Shown here one piece after another: positions 58,477 to 64,000 of a stretch of DNA of 64,000 bases. The first letter of the stretch is position 1; each line of letters opens with the position of its first letter. Source of the DNA: a virus (taxonomy: Duplodnaviria; Caudoviricetes); the IMG/VR virus record IMGVR_UViG_3300037466_002336, positions 1-64,000 of that record; one strand, 5' to 3'. The notes under the pieces were generated by a model. The model made no database searches and was not told the DNA's origin. It saw only the letters and a list, made by a program, of their open reading frames with translations. The translations under genes and the position numbers were made by a program.

Positions 58477-61006
58477 ATGGACGCATACATCGAGCAGCTC
58501 ACCAAGATCACCGCGGCGTTCAACGCCGTCGATGTTCACGCCGAGGTCGCGAACGTCGGCGATGGGTGCCTGAGCGTCGCAGTGTTCCCCCACGACGACG
58601 ACCGTTGGGAGACGGCGCTCGCGGGTGGCATGGGCGGCTACGACGACCCGCTGTCGTTCGACATCTTCGACCCGGACACCGGCGACCAGGTCGACACGCT
58701 CGGCGGCTACCTGGCACACGACGCAACGATCGCGCAGCTCGTCGAGGCGGTCGCGGTCAACGTGGTGTTCGCCGCGCTCCGGCGCGCAGCCGACCTCCGG
58801 TTCGTGAACCCGCCGTGCGCCCCGCACACAGTCGCGAAAGGGCGGGCCGCGTAGATGGTGAGGAAGAAGGGGCCGACCCCGCGTCGCAGGCACGCTGTCG
58901 AGGACAAGCTGCGCGCCGACTACCTCGCGCTCTACGAGGAGCTCGGCCGCGCGCAGACGCGCGCCGCGGACGCTGAGCAGGCGCTTGCGCTGGAGCGCCG
59001 CGAGGTCGACCACCTGAATGACCTGTACACGGCGCAGACGCAGCGCCGCGCCGACGCAGAGCTGGCGCTTGAGCGGATCGCCGCGCACCCGCACGGAGGC
59101 ATCCTCGTGAACATCGCGCGGCACGCGCTGTCGGAGGCGGCATGAGGGTACGCGTCGAGTACACCGTCGACGTGCCGGACGCGTACCGTCGCGCGATCAA
59201 CTTTCACTACGAACGGCCGGGGTTGGCGTCACCCGCGGCGGTTCGCGATTGGCTGATGTTGCACGGCAGCGCCCTGGACGACGACCTGACGTACGACCTT
59301 CAGCAACACGAGCCGGAGTGGTTCGCGTGAACCGCCCGCTGGCGCAGGTGTAAGCGTTCAAACGACGACACGCCCGAGGCAGGGGCGAAGGAGGTAGTGG
59401 AGTGGACGACCCGAATGCAGACCTGATCGGCTTCGAGTACACGATGCGGAACAACGGCCGCTGGCGTGTGCGTGGAACCAGCCCGACGAGCGGCTCCGGC
59501 TACGTTGTGCTCGAGAACGTCGACGACCCGAGCGACACAGCGCTTCGACCGGCGGCGGTCGTGCGCATAAGAATGCATCTTGGTGCGCCTGAGGGACGGC
59601 CGTGACCGCGGCGATGATCCGCACCGCGGCCGCGCTTGTGGAGGAATACGACCTCGACAACGACGCGGTTGTGGCGTTCGTCGAGATCGGCAGCGAAGGC
59701 GCCGTGCTGCGGTTCGGTGCGAACGTGCCCGGCGGTGTGCTGGCCGAGTGGTGGATCGCCCGCGACGGCGCCTACCGGGAGCGCACGTGACTCGGCCGCT
59801 GACTGCGCTGGAAGAGAGCTCGTCTCGGACGAAGCGTGCGTGGCGCTATCGCGTCACCGCATCCGGCGGCTGTCTTGCCGAGCAGTGCCCTCCGGGGACG
59901 TTCCTGCTCGAATGGGAGAACAAGGGCGACGAGTACGACTGGAACGTCTACGACAAGGGCGAGCAAACCGGCTTTGCAAGCGGCGTTCTCGTCGGCACCG
60001 GCTGGATCGTGGACGACAAGTTCAAGGCCGATCCGCAGAAGTGCATGGCGTGCGGGAAGCGCAGGAAGGTCGCCGGTTGGTGGCACTCCGAGGCCGACGA
60101 TCCTGTCCTCGATCCCGTCTGCTCTGAATGCGGAGGCGCTCATGCGTCGTAACCGAATCCACGCTTCGAGTTCCGACACCTGGGACGCGTTGGCCGCCGA
60201 GGTGCGCGCCGACCGTGTCGTAGCCGAACGCGACGAGGCGCTCGCCCAAGTGGACGCGCACGCCGCACCGGAGTGGAAGCAGCTCGCGTACGAGGCGGTG
60301 CGCAACGTCGCCCGCCGGCGCGCATCGTTCATCAGCGACGACGTGTGGGCGCTCACCGACCTGCCGCCCGCACGCGAGGATCGCGCGCTCGGTCCGGTGT
60401 TCCGCAAAGCGGCACACGACGGGCTGATCCGCAAGACCGACCGAACCCGGCCGTCGGTGCGTTCGCACCTTTCCGGCAAGCCGGTGTGGGAGTCCTTGAT
60501 CTACGAAGGGAGGGCCGCGGCATGAACGGCAAACAGAGGGTGAAGGTCGCGGCGCTGGAGCGGCGCCGTGACCACCTCGTCGAGCGGTTGGCCAAGTGGG
60601 AGCGCGGTGACCCGGCCCGCACGCGCGGCGAGCTCGCGGCGGTGGGGTGGGCGTTGCGGCTGATCCGGGCGGCCGACAGCGCCGACGTGTTGAACGAGCT
60701 GGAGAGCGTGGCCTAAGACAACGACAACCGGCCGGGCAGGGCCGAAGGAGGTAGTGGAACATGGCGAAGGACAAGCAGACGGCGCACGCGCCGGACGCGT
60801 CAACGGTCGGCTACGTGGTGGTCGACTTCAACCGGGACACCGGCAAGCCGTCGTTCGCGTGGAACGACGAGATCCACAGCACGGTGACGGAGGCCGCCGA
60901 CGACGCCGAGCAGGCACGCGGCCTTGACCGTGACGAGTACGCGGTCGCTGAGCTGCGGCTGATCGAGAAGCCGCGCGCCGGTTCTGTGTCCGAGGTGGCG
61001 GCGTGA
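58477..61006 (+). CDS. nine small hypothetical ORFs (58477-58854, 58855-59145, 59142-59330, 59402-59605, 59602-59790, 59787-60152, 60142-60525, 60522-60716, 60761-61006)
   Basis: Coupled starts; GGAGGTAGTGG RBS before 59402 and 60761. Confidence 0.6.
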
Positions 61007-61920
61007 AGTTGGTGATTGCAAGCGCCAAATCCACCAACTCGAAGATCGGCGACGCGGCAACCACATACGCGGCGCAGCAGTCGTGCCCGACGTCGTGTGT
61101 GTTCCGTGACGGCGGCGGCTGCTACGCGGAAGCGGGCAGCATCGGCAAGTTCATCACCGACCGGTTGAACGCGTCGGCGGACGGTGTGACGGCGCTCGAG
61201 GTGGCGTACGCGGAGGCGGCAGCCATCGACCGGATGACGGTCACACCTGGGAAGCCGATGCGTCTGCATACCGTCGGCGACTGCGCCACCGACGAAGCGG
61301 CACGGATCGTTGCGGCGGCATGCGACCGGTACGTACAGCGCGGCGGCGGCACGGTTTGGACATACACGCACGCGTGGCGTGACGTCGCCCGTGAGTCATG
61401 GGGGAACGTGTCGGTGCTCGCGTCATGCGAGACGGTCGCGGACGTCTTTTGGGCGAGGCAGCGCGGCTACGCGACGAGCATCGTCGTGGACAAGTTCCCG
61501 ACCGAGAAGAAGTACGAGCTGGTCGACGACATGTCGTACCCGTGCGGCCCTGGCCCCGACGGGCACGTAGGCGGGTTGGCGCCGCATCCCGGACAGGACG
61601 TCGTGCCGTGCCCGTCACAGACCAGGGGTATCCACTGCACCGACTGCCGTCTGTGCTTCGACGACGGCAAGCTCCGGCGGGGCGGCGTTTCGATCGGCTT
61701 CGAGGTGCACGGCACCCCGCTCACACAGAAGAAGGCGCTGCGCGCGTTGGATGCACCCGACGACCCGGAGCGGCGGCTCACGTCCCGTGACCATGCGGTG
61801 CGGTTCCGGGATATGAACGGCCGGTGGCCGCGGCCGGTCGAGCTTGCGACGGTCGCCGGGGTGAACACGTCGAGCGCCTCCGAGATGCTCCGCCGGATGC
61901 GCGACGAGGTGGCGGCATGA
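61003..61920 (+). CDS. Gp88/DUF7227-like Cys-rich protein with C-terminal HTH-like segment
   Basis: STNSKIG..SCPTSC..GCYA..RLHTVGD..WTYTH..CPSQ..CTDCRLC. Confidence 0.7.
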   Translation: MKLVIASAKSTNSKIGDAATTYAAQQSCPTSCVFRDGGGCYAEAGSIGKFITDRLNASADGVTALEVAYAEAAAIDRMTVTPGKPMRLHTVGDCATDEAARIVAAACDRYVQRGGGTVWTYTHAWRDVARESWGNVSVLASCETVADVFWARQRGYATSIVVDKFPTEKKYELVDDMSYPCGPGPDGHVGGLAPHPGQDVVPCPSQTRGIHCTDCRLCFDDGKLRRGGVSIGFEVHGTPLTQKKALRALDAPDDPERRLTSRDHAVRFRDMNGRWPRPVELATVAGVNTSSASEMLRRMRDEVAA

Positions 61921-63701
61921 CCGCGCTCGCGGAGATGGTCGTGACCGACGACGACATCGACAACTGCGGGTTCCGCATGTTCGAGCTGCACGAGATCGCC
62001 GCGACGATGGCGTTCCACGACGACTACGTGGTGCTCGGGAACAAGCGCGAGCGGATGGCGCAGTACGGCGGCGCCGTCACCCCGCCCGTGGCCGAGCTGC
62101 TGTTCAGCCGGGTGCTGGAGGTCATCGCGGACGTCGTCGACGGCGACCCGACGTTCAAGGACATGTTCTGCGGCGCCGGCGGCACGTCCCAGGGCGCACG
62201 CAGGGCGGGCGGCAAGCTCGTGCTTGGGCTGAACCACTGGCGCCGCGCGATCGAGTCGCACAGCGCGAACTTCCCCGACGCCGACCACGACTGCGCCGAC
62301 ATCAGCGCGCTCACCACGACGCAGATCCGTCGGTACCCCGACAGCGACGTGCTGCTCGCGTCGCCGGAATGCACCAATCACAGCATCGCGAAGGGTGGGC
62401 TGCGCAGGAAGCCGCAGGCGGCGTCGTTGTTCGACGACGGCCCGGCCGGGGACGACGAGCAGGACCGGTCGCGCGCGACGATGTGGGACGTCGTCCGGTT
62501 CGCCGAGCAGAAGCAGCTCAAGGGCAAGCCGTACAAGGCGATCATCGTCGAGAACGTCGTCGATGCGTTCAAGTGGGGCGCGAACGACGACGGCGGCCTG
62601 TTCGCCGCGTGGCGGATGGCGCTGACGAACCTCGGCTACGAGTCCGAGATCGTCTATCTCAACTCGATGTTCGTGCCGCCGACACCACAGTCGCGGGACC
62701 GCATGTACGTCGTGTTCTGGCAGAAGGGCATCCGGCGACCAAACCTCGAGGTGGACCCGGTGTCGTGGTGCCCGCACTGCGAGGCGGTCGTCAACGGCAG
62801 GCAGGCGTGGAAGAAGCCGACGGCACCGTGGGGCCGGTACGGGGCGCAGTACCTCTACCACTGCCCCGACTGCAACCGGCCGGTTCTGCCGGGCGCCTAC
62901 CCGGCCATCAGCGCGCTCGACCTCTCCATCCCGATGACCCGCATCGGCGACCGGGAGAAGCCGCTCGCGAAGTCGACGCGGGAGCGGATCCGGCGCGGGC
63001 TGCCGAAGCTCCAGGAGCCGTTCGTGATCCGGCTGCTGCACGGCGGCGTGCCGCGTCCGCTGACGCTGCCCATCGTGTCGCTCACCCGGCGGCAGGACAT
63101 GGCGATCACGGTGCCGACGTCAGGGCAGACGCACGAGCGGACGCCCGGCAACCGCACCCGCATCGCCGACCTTCAGCCGGGGGCGACGGTGTGCGCAGCG
63201 ACGCGCTCCGTCGACCGTGCGCTCGTCACACCACACGACACGTTGGTGATGGCGAACACCGAGAACGGCGTCCCGCGCCCGGCCGCCAAGCTCGCCGCGC
63301 AGACGTTGCGCACCGAAGGCGGCCTCGGTGTGGTGCGTCTGCGAAACAACGGGCAGGTCACCGACGCCGCGTTGGAGTACGCCGGCGCGGTCACCGCGGG
63401 CGGCAAGCACCACGGCCTCGTGATGCGAAACAACCGCGGCGGCGGCGAGATGCTGACACCGGACGACACCGAGCCGTTCCGTGTGCTCACGACGCGGTGC
63501 CATCAGTCGCTCGTGGTCCCGTACGGTGCGCTCGCGCGCGACGGCGGACTGGAACCGTCGGCGACGGTCATGACCCACGACCGGCACGCGCTGATCGTTC
63601 CGCCGATGGGCGGTGTCGACCCGCGCGACGCCGCGCTCGAGCCGGGGCCGACACAGACCACTACGACACGGGCAGCGCTCGTCACGAAGGAGGTGGCGTG
63701 A
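61917..63701 (+). CDS. C5-cytosine DNA methyltransferase, circularly permuted
   Basis: Motif I DMFCGAGG, IV ASPEC, VI IVENV, VIII PQSRDR; motif IX-X-like block at N-terminus. Confidence 0.88.
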   Translation: MTALAEMVVTDDDIDNCGFRMFELHEIAATMAFHDDYVVLGNKRERMAQYGGAVTPPVAELLFSRVLEVIADVVDGDPTFKDMFCGAGGTSQGARRAGGKLVLGLNHWRRAIESHSANFPDADHDCADISALTTTQIRRYPDSDVLLASPECTNHSIAKGGLRRKPQAASLFDDGPAGDDEQDRSRATMWDVVRFAEQKQLKGKPYKAIIVENVVDAFKWGANDDGGLFAAWRMALTNLGYESEIVYLNSMFVPPTPQSRDRMYVVFWQKGIRRPNLEVDPVSWCPHCEAVVNGRQAWKKPTAPWGRYGAQYLYHCPDCNRPVLPGAYPAISALDLSIPMTRIGDREKPLAKSTRERIRRGLPKLQEPFVIRLLHGGVPRPLTLPIVSLTRRQDMAITVPTSGQTHERTPGNRTRIADLQPGATVCAATRSVDRALVTPHDTLVMANTENGVPRPAAKLAAQTLRTEGGLGVVRLRNNGQVTDAALEYAGAVTAGGKHHGLVMRNNRGGGEMLTPDDTEPFRVLTTRCHQSLVVPYGALARDGGLEPSATVMTHDRHALIVPPMGGVDPRDAALEPGPTQTTTTRAALVTKEVA

Positions 63702-63988
63702 TGTACCTCGTCACGGTTCGCGTTCGCATGGCGGGCGACCCCGGTTGGGAGCACAACCTCGAAAGCGACTTCGAAGACGCGGCCAAGCGGTACGGGTACA
63801 ACGACGGGTCGCGGGAGACTGTGAAGTTCGACGTGGCGATCCGCACCGTGCACGCGTTCCTCAAGATCGACAACGCGGCGTTCATTGAGGATGCGGTCAG
63901 GCGCGCGGTCAGAGACGTGATCGACATCGTGTCGCCGTGCGCCGGCGCCGGGCTTGCCGTGCTTGCGGTGAACGCGGAGGCGACGTGA
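63701..63988 (+). CDS. hypothetical protein
   Basis: GGAGG RBS; coupled. Confidence 0.55.
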   Translation: MYLVTVRVRMAGDPGWEHNLESDFEDAAKRYGYNDGSRETVKFDVAIRTVHAFLKIDNAAFIEDAVRRAVRDVIDIVSPCAGAGLAVLAVNAEAT

Positions 63989-64000
63989 TCGAAGCGGTCG

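Overview
The whole window looks like one temperate, long-tailed (siphovirus-type) dsDNA phage genome with very high GC. The host is probably an Actinomycetota bacterium (inference). No host genes or att junctions were seen, and the sequence is cut inside phage genes at both ends. Gene order: small genes and terminase large subunit (2.6-4.3 kb); a ~10.7 kb accessory island of divergent operons (HicA-like toxin pair, DUF488, papain-like peptidase, DUF3560, UvrD-like helicase, lipoprotein, three tRNAs); a PBSX/HK97-type head module interrupted by a methyltransferase and a 1023-aa Gly/Ala-repeat protein; tail module (two tube paralogues, chaperone with apparent +1 frameshift, tape measure, LamG tail protein, collar fibre); lysis genes; large serine integrase with candidate attP; repressor; then the early/replication arm (LuxR-type HTH, HNH, SSB, Rad52-like annealase, Gam-like, initiator with iterons, VRR-NUC, HD, ASCH, SF2 helicase, DnaB, Gp88-like and a circularly permuted C5 DNA methyltransferase). 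The most unusual signals are non-coding: a covarying GGGCAG/GAGGCA-loop hairpin plus fixed GAGGTAGTGG start-associated sequence before many genes, a reiterated non-consensus promoter family, a ~170-nt multi-branched leader RNA, and tRNAs with non-canonical features. All family calls come from motif recognition by eye; no database searches were run.
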